From: Sphagnum compactum
Taxonomy: Eukaryota
Assembly: GCA_965153455.1 (NCBI GenBank)
Contig: OZ234493.1
Location: 14,188,213 to 14,252,212 of the forward strand
Direction: 5' to 3'
Length of the DNA stretch: 64,000 nt
The notes under the pieces were generated by a model. The model was not told the DNA's origin, searched no databases, and saw only the letters and a program-made list of their open reading frames with translations. Every line of letters begins with the position of its first letter. Position 1 is the first letter of the stretch. The translations under genes and the position numbers were made by a program. Shown one piece after another: positions 13,299-26,327 of the stretch.

Positions 13299-13892
13299 GG
13301 TTAGGGCTCACTAGGCAAACTCCAATGCATGATATGACTGTGTCTTTGAACAGTGTAGCTGAAATTCAGAGCACAAGAAGGGGCAATGCCGGTAGTTAAA
13401 GAGATAGTTGACACAGTTTTGTCATATTTGTATGGTAGTTGTATAAGGGATTCTTCTTTGTAGAATTGCATTCATAACTCGCACCACGAGTGGACACTAC
13501 TACCATTGACAATTGCTTTGTACATGCTTTATGGTTTACCCAAATTTCTGGGCCGATTATTGTAATACTTATGTACACGCATCACAGGAGCTGATGAAGT
13601 CATTGGGTAGTCATGGCAGTCTACTATGTTGTTGGACTGCAACAGCCTCACAAGCAGTTGGTTTCTTTCTCGAAGTTTATACTAGTCCTGCATGATGTTT
13701 TTTTCTTTACAGTAAGCCATTGTGTTGTAAAGACGACTTTGTGCACTTTTGCACAAGATGATAGAAAGAACATGAGAGGAGGAAGAGAGACTGCAGCTGA
13801 TCAGATCTGATCAGCTGCAAACAAGAGGGCAAGAAGAAATTACAAAACAAAAAACTGAAGTGCAGCTGTGGCTTCTTTCCTACACCTCCTTC

Positions 13893-14190
13893 TAGTGTTG
13901 TTTTTACTGGCTAAATTTAGCCAGTTGGTTTCTTTCATTCTCTTTTTTTTCCCCAAAATGGCTAAAATATGTGTTTTTTGGTTCTCTAGTTGCCAAATTT
14001 TGACAACTAAAAAAATAAATCTTCAGATTTCTCTATTGGGTTCTAGTATGTAGCCAAAAATATGAAGGATGCTTCAACTTTTTTGTTTTCATATATTTCT
14101 CTATAGCCAATTTTGGCTAAACTGTCTTATGGATAATCGCCACTTCAGCTACATCATAAAATTGAAAAAAAAGAAAAAAAGAAAACCCTG
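13893..14190. mobile_element. hAT-like MITE
   Basis: Ends TAGTGTTG.../...AAAACCCTG (degenerate CAG(T/G)GTTTT TIR). Flanks CCTCCTTC and CATCTTTC match 6/8, consistent with an aged 8-bp TSD. Related copies lie at ~33595-33880, ~44734-45050 and ~61346-61590. Confidence 0.5.
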
Positions 14191-14358
14191 CATCTTTCGC
14201 TCCTGCATTTGAGATCCCTTAATGAAGTGTCGTTCCGTTCAGCACGTCGATCGAGATCCCCGAAAACACGTGTCTGCATTTCAAGACCAGGAGATCTAGC
14301 TAGCTTCTTCACAACTGAGGTCCTGAAACTCGTGGACCTTCTTTTGGCCAGGTGTATC

Positions 14359-14795
14359 GAGATCCTGTAAAACATGTGGGTCCCACTTTCTGGACAAAAA
14401 ACAAAAGACTGTTTCGGGATCTCGAGTTGTCCAACTCTTTGTTCGCTTCATGATGACCTTAGCGAGTGGATACCGTGTGAACATGTCCCTGGGCCGAGAT
14501 CCCAATGATAACCAATCAGAGTGCTCGACAGATTCCATAAAATTAAATTTCTAGTGTGAAAGCGTGTCTCTCTCTCTCTCGATAGTCGACCAAGTATTGA
14601 GATCCTGTAAAACGTTTCGGGATCTCGATTTGTCCAACCTTGTGTTCGCGTCATCATGACCTTAGCCATTGGATACTGTGTGAACAGATCTCCGGGCCGA
14701 GGTCCCTCTGTTAACCAATCAAAGTGCTCGATAAATTCCATAGAATCAGATCTGTAGTGTGAAACCGTTTCTCTGTCTCTCTCTCTCTCTCTCGA
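14359..14795. repeat. Tandem ~200-bp duplication in the HIG1-gene promoter
   Basis: Copies at ~14359-14583 and ~14600-14795. Each has GAGATCCTGTAAAAC...GTTTCGGGATCTCG, GGGCCGAG, AACCAATCA and a terminal CT microsatellite. Confidence 0.85.
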
Positions 14796-15219
14796 GCGCG
14801 CTCTCCCCCTTTCACCGTCTGTCTGTGCGACGAGGAAGTGCAAAAGGACGTGGGACGCAAGATGATCTTGTTGAATCTGGATCAGCAGAATCTCACAACT
14901 TGTGAGAGATTTTACACTTCGGGATCATAGTTTGTGGTTTACAGAATCTGATTTTCGATTAGGGTTTTCGCAGAATTGCGCAATCCAATCAGGAGTTGTT
15001 TTTCTTCTTCTCCAGGCGTTGGAGGTTGCTGCTGCTGCTGCAGCAGGATCTCCTTTAATAGGAATCATCATCTGGAGCTTTTTGGAGGAGGATTTGGGTG
15101 TTGGGTGTCTTCGGGATCATAGGTCTAAAGAAGAAGAAACAAGCAAAGCAAACAAAGGAAGCACGCAAGCAAGAGGGGGTTTGGTTTTCTGCGGTGTGTT
15201 TTCCGCGGAAGGTGGTGGA

Positions 15220-16010
15220 ATGGGTACCAGGGACCTAGAGAATCTGGATGCTGAGGACATGTTCAATGAAAAGGATCGGCGCAACCCTCTTGTTCTATGC
15301 GGTACTTTTTCTCTCCCCGCTGCTGCTGCGGATGATGCTGTTCTGACAAAGAGGTTCTTGCTGTAAGCCGCGTGGAAGTTCTGTGTTGGATTGAATGGGT
15401 TTTTTGTTTAACTCTGTAATCCTTTTCTTTTTGTTTTTTTGTTTTTTGTTTGTTTGTTTGGTTTTTCCTCCCGGGGCGGGGGGGGGTGGGGATGGGATGA
15501 TAGCAAGATGATGATGATGAAGAAGAGGAGATAGAATTCTTGATTTGTGAGAGAATTTGTCAGAAGCTGGAGTGAGAGTTCTTCAGAAGGTGGAGTAGGG
15601 TTTTGAGATGTCCACTGGGCTGTGAGAGTGTTGTTGCCTTGGTAATGTGTTTGCAAAGGCTCAGATGTGTGTGGCGGGTTTTTTCAGTGGTTTGGTTTTG
15701 GTTTTGCAGTGATTTTGGATTCCATTTGTACCAGTAGTGGTTGTAAGATTGGAATTATAAATTGAATGTAACTGCATCATCAAGTATTCTTCTTGTGATA
15801 TTGGCAAGTGAAGGTTTTCTTTCTCACCTGTGGTGGTGTTTTCTTGTGATAGGTGCCATTGCAACGGCTGGAGTATTAGGTGCAGGACTTCTGGCATTTC
15901 GCAAAGGAGATTTCAACCGTAGCCAACAGATGATGCGGGCCCGTGTTGGATTTCAAGCAGCCACTGTGGCACTCATGGTTGGAACAGTGTACCTCCAGGG
16001 AAAAACCTGA
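15220..16010 (+). CDS. HIG1-domain (hypoxia-induced gene / Rcf1-like) mitochondrial inner-membrane protein, 79 aa; exons 15220-15301, 15853-16010
   Basis: Spliced product MGTRDLENLDAEDMFNEKDRRNPLVLCGAIATAGVLGAGLLAFRKGDFNRSQQMMRARVGFQAATVALMVGTVYLQGKT carries the NPLV...SQxMMRARVxxQ HIG1 signature; phase-1 GT-AG intron. Confidence 0.92.
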
Positions 16011-18216
16011 TCAGTTTTATTTTACATGTGGTATAGCTTGAAGCTTGTTTGCTTCTTCATGATTTTGTCTCTCCCTTTTATCTGTGGTAGGCAATATATG
16101 CTAGGTTGCAGACTAGAAGAAGATCAGGCAAGGTGCAAACCAGCTTTGAATGAATCCCTTTGAAGTTCTGGTTTTAACTTTAGGATGTGGATGTTGTAAG
16201 CATTTTTGCACATGCTATTGCATCACTTTTTCCTCTAGGGCTATTTCTTTGAAGTACAGTGTTAGGGTTTTGAGGCATGGATGATTTATCTTCTTCAATG
16301 ACTCAAAATGTTGGATTGTTCTTTATGGAATTTGAGCATCCTCTTTTCTCCAGTCTTGGCAGGTAAGTGCCCCAAGATTTGTGCCCCCCCCCAACCACTG
16401 CCATCCTCTTTTTTTCACCCGGTGGCATCCACCACACAGTAGCTTATTCCATTTCGGAGGATTTGGTTGCAAAATTTCTGAGTTTTTGTGTTCAATCGTA
16501 TACCCACAATTGGTACAGTTTCCATCCAACCTGCATAAGATTGATCTTACAGAGCCCACTATTCTCAAAATTTCACACTCTGCTATTGCTCAGCCTTGTG
16601 CAAAATCCCTCTTCCAGAAGACAAATCTCAAACATCCAAAGAAAATCAGACACGGCCAAGAATGTTGTTGACTGTAGTGTGGAGTGCATATAAAAGACTG
16701 CAAGTGGGTTCTTGCACTCTTTTATTCTTGCACCCTTTGTTCCTTTTGAGCTCCTTCAGAAATTTTGCTACAAGAGAAACTCTGAGTTTTTTGGCTCTCA
16801 ATACTCTCCAAGAATGTGTAGTTTACAATGGTGTACTGATGGATCATAACAGCATTTCTTTAATTGTTTCCTGATAAGAGAACACTTCTTTTTCTGCAGG
16901 ATTTCCAAGCTTGTTATCTCAATCAATCTCAAATAACAAATAGGACAGTTCTTAAAGTCAATTGTAGAGGGCTTTCTGTTCCTATTTGGGTAACAATTAT
17001 GCTTTCAAACTTGATACGAAATCAAAATTAGGTTTTAATATATAAAATGTCCATGATATGGGCAGACAAATTATGAATGCAGAAGAGAAATTTGATACCT
17101 ATGAAGCTTCGAAGCTGGATTCTGTTCAGTTCCACAAAGTGACACAGTGCTGCTCATACTCCTGCACACATATGAAAACAAAAAAGATACCACAAATTTC
17201 TTGCTGCGTGTTTCTTCAAATGGAGGAATGAAAACAACCATTAAGGAAGGGTGGGGGGAAAAACCAAAAAAGAAAAGAAAAAAGAAAAACAACCATCTGT
17301 AAAACCCTTCTTGGTGGATCTAAATTGAGTAGTCACAGTACTTAAGAGAGTGCTACATACTAAGCACATTTACAGGTCCAAAGTCGGACTCAAAAATCAG
17401 TTTCACACTATTCAGAACCTGAAGCTCATTAGTGCCCTAATGGAGATGAGTAATACAAACATGCATACGAACTTAGCCTTTGTATCATGAGAAAGTGGTA
17501 AAGAAGTTTGCTTTGGGATGCTCATTCTAGATCATAATAATCCTAGAAGAATTCTGCAAAACCACAAACTAATTTGTGTGGGATTGTGCAAAAGAATTAA
17601 TTCTCCTCTGCTTTTTTGCTCCTAAATTCTCCAGTGCAAATTCTTGACTTGTTAATTTTATGAGCAACAGAGAGTGTCAATCATGCCACAGCCACCACAC
17701 CAGAGTTCTCCATGTGCTCTAGAATTTGTGAATTCTCTACTGATTTTTTATTTTGTCAGTACAATCTATCAATCAATCTCTCTGACACCCTTCCTTTCTT
17801 TCTTGCTGTTTTGTTTTGTCTTGGATCCAAGAATTGGAATTTGGATTTTGTCAAAACATCAGCTTTGATCTCTTACAAAAAATAGAGCTTTACTGCTCTG
17901 CAGAAAACACAGAGGTTTTGCACCAATTTGCAGTTTGAGAATTTGGGGAAAATTCCTTCTTCCTTTGATCAGCATGCATCTTGTGCAGGCACCTTCACGA
18001 CAATTGTTGAAAGTGTTGGAGTTGGAGAATTTTTTGGCGAATTCCTTCGACTTCCTTTGAGCACATGCATTTTCTTGGAGGTTAAAGCGTAGCTAGCAGC
18101 ACCAGAAGGGGGAAGTCAGCTATGTTTTGCTAGAAGCAGTAATCCATCCTCAAACCCATTTCAGGAACTCAGCTGCTGCTAGTACTAGTCAAGCTGCTGT
18201 CTGCGGCTGCTGCAGG

Positions 18217-19920
18217 CTAGGGATGTGAGCCAAGCATTCTCGACAGCAATTGCACTGTCACAGTATGACCGAATGGAACTCGCAGGTCCACGATCCGACG
18301 AGGCTTGGTAACAACATCAATGATGCGCAGCAAGCTTGAAGAATCAGCAACTGTAGTCGAGGCTGCCGCCGCATGAGACGTTGTCGAGGGCGGCCGCATG
18401 CTACTGCAAGCTGAGTCGACCCAGTTGGGTAGAGTACTAGAGGATGTTTGTCCGGCGGCGGCGCTGCATACGAAATTCTGGCACAAAGCCGCGGCGGTGG
18501 TGGATTGACAGCCGCGACTCTCCCCGCGAGGCGGCTGCACAATGCCACAAAGCTTACCGCCACGACCTACCAACTGCTCCAGATTCTGAAGCCGCGCATC
18601 CTCCATAAACACCCGCCATTCCGGTTCGTATTCTTCCGGGTCGTAGACACGGAGACGGCCGTTCACTTCATCGAGCACGAAAAGCTTACCGTCCACGGAA
18701 ACGCATTCGCCGGTAATTCCCTCACGGAGATGGCGTGCCATCTCAGTCCACTTACCAGTAGTGGGAGTGTAAACCAGTCCGACTTTTGCGAACACGCCCT
18801 TGCCGCTCACGATGTGGAGGTTGCCGCCGAGTGTAACCGCAGCCGTGGCTTCAGAGCTGCACTTGGAGGAAGTAGGTCCCGCGATGCGACGCCATGTGTT
18901 CCTTGCTACGTCGTAAACCTCCGCTGACTTGGCCACGTTCACGTCCCAGTCGCGGCCGCAACCGCTCACCACGTACACTAGATTCTCGTCTTCCGCTCCA
19001 ACCCCGCACGCACACCACTTCCTTGCCACCCGGAAGGGGGAACCGATAGTCCATTTGGACGTGATGGGATCGAAGATTAACGGATTCTCTAGCGCAGGTT
19101 CTAGTATTGGTCGCATGCGAGAGCGCCGTGCCCCTGCAGTTGTCGTCGTCGATCGGCTATAGTCCATGTCTTGTTCTTCTTGTTCTTCTGAGCAGTCGTG
19201 AACTTGCCCAGGTTTGGCTGCTGCGGCCGGGCGGTGATCGTGATCGACGCGAGGTGGTGGTGGTTGTGGTGGCGGTTTCCTCCATTTTAGGGCTGCTACC
19301 ATGACGAGCTTGGTGCGAGTGCTGGTGCATTGGACTGAGTACGAGACGCCGATGCATCCGGGTGCCGTCAGCTGGAAGTCCATGGCGTGAGGCGGCTGCG
19401 GGAGGTCGTGCCATCTCCCAGCTACCGGGTCGAAAGCATACCAGCGGAAACAGCCGTCTACGGGGGACTTGACGAGCGTGTACACCCAGTCGAGATCTAC
19501 CGTCCCGTGCTGCGCTCGCAGTCTTTGGAAGTAGAGATCGCTCAGGAGCTTACGCCACCCGTGGCTTACGCTAGAGATTGTTGCTAACGAGACACGAGCC
19601 AGGCATTCTAGGGCAAGAAAATCCGGCAGCCCTGGTAGGAGTGGCTGCTGCTGTTGCTGAGTCGAAACTGCTGTTGGACTTGCAGTAGAGTCTGTTCTCG
19701 AACAGCTAGCCGCCGCATCATGGCGCTCAAACTGTTGTTGGTTGACCATTCCGTGGCTCGACCTGCTAGGGATGCTCGAGTCGAGAATATCTGCAGAGCA
19801 TATCTGATCTTGAGAGTGATCTAAAAGGGCTCGCGTCAAGATCATGCTACCTTCTTGTTGTTGCAGTCGTGACGACAGTGTGGGCATAGTTGCATTGTGA
19901 TGGATGGAGCTGGTGGCCAT
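18217..19920 (-). CDS. F-box/kelch-repeat protein (SKIP25-like), intronless, 567 aa from first in-frame ATG
   Basis: F-box PLLPGLPDFLALECLARV...VSHGWRKLL; kelch blades (FDPVAGRW, RKWCACG, SAEVYDVARNTW, VYTPTTGKWTEM). The ORF is open from 19989 and the first ATG is at 19920. Confidence 0.9.
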   Translation of the reverse strand: MATSSIHHNATMPTLSSRLQQQEGSMILTRALLDHSQDQICSADILDSSIPSRSSHGMVNQQQFERHDAAASCSRTDSTASPTAVSTQQQQQPLLPGLPDFLALECLARVSLATISSVSHGWRKLLSDLYFQRLRAQHGTVDLDWVYTLVKSPVDGCFRWYAFDPVAGRWHDLPQPPHAMDFQLTAPGCIGVSYSVQCTSTRTKLVMVAALKWRKPPPQPPPPRVDHDHRPAAAAKPGQVHDCSEEQEEQDMDYSRSTTTTAGARRSRMRPILEPALENPLIFDPITSKWTIGSPFRVARKWCACGVGAEDENLVYVVSGCGRDWDVNVAKSAEVYDVARNTWRRIAGPTSSKCSSEATAAVTLGGNLHIVSGKGVFAKVGLVYTPTTGKWTEMARHLREGITGECVSVDGKLFVLDEVNGRLRVYDPEEYEPEWRVFMEDARLQNLEQLVGRGGKLCGIVQPPRGESRGCQSTTAAALCQNFVCSAAAGQTSSSTLPNWVDSACSSMRPPSTTSHAAAASTTVADSSSLLRIIDVVTKPRRIVDLRVPFGHTVTVQLLSRMLGSHP

Positions 19921-22900
19921 GAGCTGGGTGCAGCAGCATTGATCTGCAGAGGAGGAGGAGACCAGGATCCAATTCGCCGCACATGCCACAGAGTGATCAG
20001 AGCAGCCTGCTCGCCAGCTCCATGTTTTCGCGACCTAAAATGCTCCAGCTAACTGTCGAGAAACTGTAGTTTGTAATCTCAAGGGACCCTTGATCAGTCT
20101 CCACATAATTGCGTCTTCTTTTTCAGCTAGCTAGATCAAATGTCTAATTACAGCTAGTACCGGCTCACTTGTTTTTCTTGAGATTTTGCACTCAAGAATA
20201 TTATCATCCTGCAAACACCCATCACTGATATTCCTGCAGCCACGAGTCCACCACCCTAGTGATCTGGAAGCTGCAGCTAATGTCTCAAGAAAAAAATGCA
20301 AGCTGGGCCACACCCAAGCTTATTACAGACGAGAGCTATTCACAACCCATTACCACAAAACCAAACACAAACAAAACTGTCTGACCCAATGTTCTGAAAT
20401 TCGACACCAAGCTCCTCCTCCTCCTGCTGCTGTTTTCCCCACTCTCTAAATTAACTTGGACCAAAAACCCCCACAAAGAAAGACAAACAAACAAAGCTGC
20501 AAAACTAGTCTCCAGAAGTGACTCCCATGAACAACTTGGGAGGGATGGACTCTCAAGTCTTTTCAGAGACAAGAAAAACAACACAACAACCTGGAGGTTT
20601 TATAGCAAGCTACTCACTAGAGTCACTCACTCACATGGGAGTGGTCATGATCTGTATCATCCATTCCATCACGGGGACCACCGCCAAGTGGTCCACCAGC
20701 AACATGGCGAAGATCCGGATTTTGAAGCTTCAAAACTGACCGATCGTCAGCATCATTGTCAGCATCAAAAATATTTCAAAAGCTAGAAAAACCTGCAAGG
20801 AAGGATGAGAGCAAAAACTGCCGCTACTGTTGCAAGCAAACAATCGGATTGTATTCTCTTTTCTCCCTCAAATCGTTGCAGCAACTGTGCTGCTGCTGCT
20901 GCTTCTGCTCTCATGATCACGCAGGGGCACAAGATCCCGCCGCTGGTGGTGGTGGAGGATCACCACCACCATCACCGCCACCACAACAACACCGCCCTAG
21001 TAACATCCCCAAAAACAAACCAACCAACAAATACACACACAACGACAACGTGCTCCGACTCAAAATCCCCCCCCCCCCCACCCCAACTTCCACTTGAAGA
21101 CAAAAAAAGGGTCCCAAAAAAAAGTGCTCTCTAGAAAAGGTTTAGGGTTTAGATTCGATTGAGCACTTTTTTTTGGGATGCCCACAATCCCTCAAAGAAA
21201 GGAAAACCCAAAAGTACAATGTCTAATTGTACATTTTTCTTTTAAAAAAGAAAAAGAAAACTAAAAACCCATTCAAAGAATTTAATTCCATGAAAAAAAA
21301 ATCTAAAATAAATGGTAAAACACAATTAATTCCTCAAGGCAAAACTCACTCATCCCTTTACCATATATCAATGACCCAAAACAATTCAATTGTAATTTAA
21401 AAGTTATCATTTAATCAAAATTTATCAAACTAATTCTGTAGAAGAGAACCTTTTTTATTTATTCATTTGGAGTTGGGGAGTTGAGGAGTTGGGATTTGAG
21501 AAATGAAAAATAATAATAAGGGAGACAAAAAGGGAAGGCCAAAGAAAGGCCAAAAGACGCACAGCCCACAGGATCCCAAAAAAGGAAAGGGAGAGAGTTA
21601 GTCCCTCTCGTGGTAGGAACTTTTTACACTACTTAGTAGTACCAAAAGTTGCTTCTAAAAAAGTATTAAGTATATTCGACTTTAGTCTAAACCATGGTTA
21701 TCTTCTTCGAGTCCAAATCTAACATTTCCTGGGGTTAAATATAGGCCTATATATATAAACTCAAACTCAAACAAAATGTCTACATGAGTTAGTAGGTAGG
21801 ATCTATTTTGTTGGATGATTTTCTTCTACACCCAAGTTTTGTAGAAAGCTAAGACAATTTTATGCGTTGGTAAATATGATATAAAAAAGCTTCCAAAGCC
21901 AATATTTTTTTAAAAATTGACAAAATTTGGCCTCCAAACAAAATTTGGACGTTGGAACATGTACGAAGGATTTTTTTGGAAAAACTTTTTGGCCCATTGT
22001 TGTTGCCACATAATGAGGGCAAAAAAAAAACTGGAATTTGCCATATTTAGACACTAGGTTGTAGCATGTCACCCTAAAATATAGCATGATTCCTAAACCT
22101 TTTTACTTTCCTCTCTTGACTTGTAGCCATATTTGGGGCTAAAGTCCTTTTGATTTGATAGCCAACCCACCTACCTCACAAATTGGAGGGTGCAAAAAAA
22201 ACACACTACTACTACTTCCAACAATCTAAGAAAGACTTGTTCTTCATGTTTCCCTTGTCCTTTCTTCTGTGGAGTCCAAAGTTGTTCTATCATCTAGGTA
22301 TTATTCATAGATCATTGGGGTAGTAGGGGAGGGGGGATGGCATTTGGAGAAGAGGTTCAATTGCCCTACTAATGACAAGCCTGAGAAGAGAGAGAAATAG
22401 AGAAAGAGAGAGAGAGAGAGAGAGAGAGTTGATGAGTGAAGTAATTAAAGCTACTGACAAGGTTGCCTGCCCCATCAATAAGTCCACACCATAAACAGCA
22501 AAATTCAAACCTAGAAAAGCTGACAATCAAGATTTTCAAATCCCTAATTTGGAGAATTTGAATGAGAGAATAACACTAAATGACACCAACACTTTTGCCC
22601 TTGTCTCTGCATCATCATCCTCATTCATCATCATCCCTATTGCTGGCAAACCCTAAAATTAAGTTAAAATAAAGAAAATAGCTCAAGTCATGCAAAGTGG
22701 GTGTTGCTACTATCTAGGTTCTAGCTTAGAATTGTTTTGAAAAAGGCCATTTTCCATTTTTTTGAAAATTTTAAAACAAATATTAATGATGTAATTGAAT
22801 TCCACCATTTTGTGAACATAAAAAAGAGCCATCAACATCAACACAAATATTTTTTAATAAAAAAATTGAAATTCACCATTTTTAAAATGATATAATTTTA

Positions 22901-23469
22901 CAATGAGTTTTAAAACCTGATTTTTTTTAAAAAAAAACTAATGAGTTTTTTAAACATGGATTATTATTCTCATACACCAAGAAAAAAAGGGTAAATTTGA
23001 GGGATTAGTTTTGGGCTTTTTTTATGTGGCATCATGAACAATTATAATTTAAAAACTTGTCCATGATGCCTAAAAAAAACTAGGGAAAAAACATATATTT
23101 TAATTTACATAAATGGACAACAATTTAATATTCTAATGACAATGTTTCATTAGAATTAGTTTATGTAGGATGGGATTTTGGTGATCATCACTATGACAAT
23201 TTTAGAGCCATTCCAAATTATAATTCGTCATAGATCAAATTTCATTTTAGAATCGTTGTTTCTTGTTGTTTGTTTTGTAACATTTCAATGTTTTTGTCTG
23301 TTCGTATGTTGTTTTCTTGAATGCTTTGGTTTATTTAAGATTGGCAAGGTTTCATCAATACTCTTGTTTATCAATTGAAACACAAACTATACTACTATCT
23401 CCCAAAGTTTGTGCCCCTACCATTAGCCCATGCCAAAAATAGCAACAAAAAGTTGGGGCAATAAAAGTT

Positions 23470-24175
23470 TCATGCATGCAGCCAATGAGAAGGCTCAGAA
23501 AGCGCTCATGAGGTGTGTATTTTTTTTTCTTTTAGGGGGAAGGGGGGTTGGATTTTTTATTATTTTTTGGGGGTAGCCTTGTTCCCAATGTGTTCCCACC
23601 AGGTTCCCAAAGGAATCCTCAAGTTCTAAAGTTGCTCCCCAAGACATTCCCAATAGAGCGCCTCAGATTTATCTCATATGGTCTGCCCAAAGTTTAACTC
23701 TTGTGTATATAAACTCAAAAGGTAGGCCATAGTGGAGCACATTTGTTTCTATTTTGGCACTGAGGGTCCAAAGAGGTGCTTTTCTATTGCGGAGGGAGGG
23801 TCCCATATTATTCAAATTTTTTTGCTAATGGGCCAATCCGGCTCCTTCAAAAAGAAAAAAAGAAAAAGCAAAAGTTGTGAGCACACTCATGAACAACTAA
23901 TTAATATGAACCACACACTATGTCCCACTATAAATAATAAGTACCCCCAGTTTATAATGGGGGCATTAGCCCAGCCCAAAAATGGTGACCAACAGTTTTG
24001 GAACATAGAAATTTCATTTCATGCAGCCAATGGGAAAGCACAACATGCACTAAAAGTGCCTTCATTTTTTCTTTTAAGTTTTGGGGGGGGGGGGGGGGGG
24101 GGGGGTTTCATTTTTCCTTCGTTCCCAACATGTTCCCTTCAAGTTCCCAATGGGTTCCCAATGTGTTCCATGGTT
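23470..24175. repeat. Two adjacent copies of a dispersed repeat family (TTCATGCAGCCAATG...TGTTCCCAATGTGTTCC); further copies ~35480-36160 and reversed ~45200-45600
   Basis: Shared CAGCCAATG start, G-run, GTTCCCAA repeats and TGCCCAAA/GGGCCAAT blocks. Confidence 0.6.
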
Positions 24176-24410
24176 TGGATCCAATGTTTGAACGCTTGAA
24201 CTCTGAACCCTTGCATCCTTGTAGCACCTAAGTGAATCATATGGCATATTACCATTGAACCCAGGCCTTTCCCAAACTCCTTTTGGAAAGTATAGGCTAT
24301 TTTATGGAGTTTCGGTTTGCTCAGCTACTTTGTTAAGTTGTTGGCTTCACCTGTTTGTTGAGTCCACTTTGCTTCCTCACCAAAGTAGTCACTTTCTAAT
24401 AAGAAAAAAA

Positions 24411-24413
<3 letters not shown>

Positions 24414-24450
<37 letters not shown>

Positions 24451-24480
24451 TAGATAGATATGCATGTATGTATGTATATA
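24414..24480. repeat. (TA)n/(TAGA)n/(TATG)n microsatellite
   Basis: Directly visible. Confidence 0.95.
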
Positions 24481-25812
24481 AAAGGCAAGTATTGGAAACC
24501 CATCTGCAAAACGCAAATAAAAGCATAAAAACACATGTCAAGGAAAAACATAACAATCAAGACATCACTAATACATTAATAAAATAGAAGATTGTACACT
24601 AAAAAAGGCATCATCTATTGTAAATCGGCTACTGAGGGGTGTTCACTCACTATGATGGGTGAAAGAGATGAGTTTTGTTGTAAATGTGGTGCCACACTAA
24701 AAATTCGCAATGACTTGCGCACATTGGAGGTCTATGAACACATGTTGTCAATAATAAAAAAAAATAAGCATCACAGGAATTAAAGAGGACCATTGATGAT
24801 GGGCTACATTGGCTTGAACATAAAAAGGTAGAAAAAAGAGTCGAAACGAGGATGAAAACAACCATAAGTTTCTATGACAAGGGAAATAAAGTTGTTTCCG
24901 AATGTGCACTTTGCGTGTGAACATGTTTTTTCCTAAACGACGACTGTCATTGCATGTGTTGTTGTGAATGATGCACGTCATACCATATTTAGGTAGGTTG
25001 GATTAATTATAACAATGTTTGATAAGTCCCAAAACCATATTTGGTTATAAGAATGTCAACTCGTTGTCAAATGATTAAGGTGGGAAACCTCTTTCTAAAC
25101 CTATGTTCCACTCTTTAAAATAATAGTTATGATGATATCTCAGAAAGAATTGTGGGTTGTAGCGCATTCATTCACGCACAGACATTGAAGCTAATGAATC
25201 CCAAATCATCAATGGTATATCCACACTTACAACATGAAATATGTGCAATTACAGGATGTGACAAGTTATGGCAAGTATGTAATCTTGTAAGGAAATGAAC
25301 TAAGGACAAACATAATGCAAGTGCACAGTAGGACAAACTAATAACCAAGTGCCCAAGGTTGGACGTACATAAGATTATAAACATGTTAGTGCGATGTCCA
25401 AAGGAGCATTTAATAGAATTGTGGCAAACTCCTATTCATGTAGGTGGCTTGTTAAAAAAACATGTAAACAAAGATATAACTATACCCCAAAATTCTCAAA
25501 AGGGGGCCCCAAGATTTGATAATGGACATGGGGTAGTAAAGTTCAGGTACCATGTAGTGTTAATTTTTTAAAAAGGTGTCAATTTTGACATGTGCCATTG
25601 CATCAAAAAAATAAAGTGATCATCTCACTAAAAATGAATGACAAGTGCAAGAGCGACCAAAGCCCAACATCCCAAGAAGGTGCGGGCATCAAATCAAACC
25701 ATTAAAGGAAGGCCAAACCTCTATTTTTAAAAAGTAAAATGACATGATGATGAACCAAATGGCTCACCATAATGCCAAAAGATCCTACTCCCAACAAATT
25801 TTCTAGCATAAT

Positions 25813-26327
25813 TGACGCACCCCTAAACTCCTTGATAGACTCAATTGCGATAAATTCTTTTGCAGACCTCCGATTGAGGTGAGGTCTAAAACAAAGTTTT
25901 AGCCCTCTTCAAGAGCTTTCCAACGGTATGTGGCATGCCATCTGCACATAAGTAAATCAGGGCAATTCTCGACTTTTAGTGGTCGAGAGTCAAACTGCCA
26001 ATTTGACTCCCAACCCTTTCTTTTGGCTATAACTTATGTTTTAAGTGCCCAAATGGGTCATGCGAGCCCATTTAAGACATCTATGTTCCAAGAGATTTCC
26101 AATGATATAAGGACATCTTCAATCCAATGAGTTTTGACCCCTGCAATCGCCTTTTGAAGATTCGATAATCCATTAGGACTCCAACTCCCAAAGTGGAAGC
26201 TCACTTGGGAGTGTGTGGGTTCATTCCCTCCCACTCTTTTGCACTCCCGAACTCCCGGGCTACACTCTTGGCCCGCACCTTTGCAAGCCCTTGCCTTGGT
26301 CGTGAGCCCAAGGCTAGGGTTGCGACA
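25813..26327 (-). mobile_element. Solo LTR of an LTR retrotransposon, 515 bp
   Basis: TG...CA termini with imperfect inverted ends TGACGCA/TGCGACA. Identical 5-bp TSD ATAAT at 25808-25812 and 26328-26332. Orientation is inferred from a recalled family start, TGTCGCAACCCTAG. Confidence 0.85.

Noticed and set aside
14296-14843. Paired minus-strand ORFs MESVEHSDWL.../MEFIEHFDWL... as a duplicated small protein
   Set aside because: Differences between the copies fall mostly at codon positions 1-2 and are nonsynonymous, so there is no coding constraint; they are a by-product of the promoter duplication.
18258-19587. Antisense and alternate-frame ORFs over the F-box gene (similarly over the PPR and PAH genes)
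   Set aside because: They are shadow ORFs of GC-rich coding sequence with no independent motifs.
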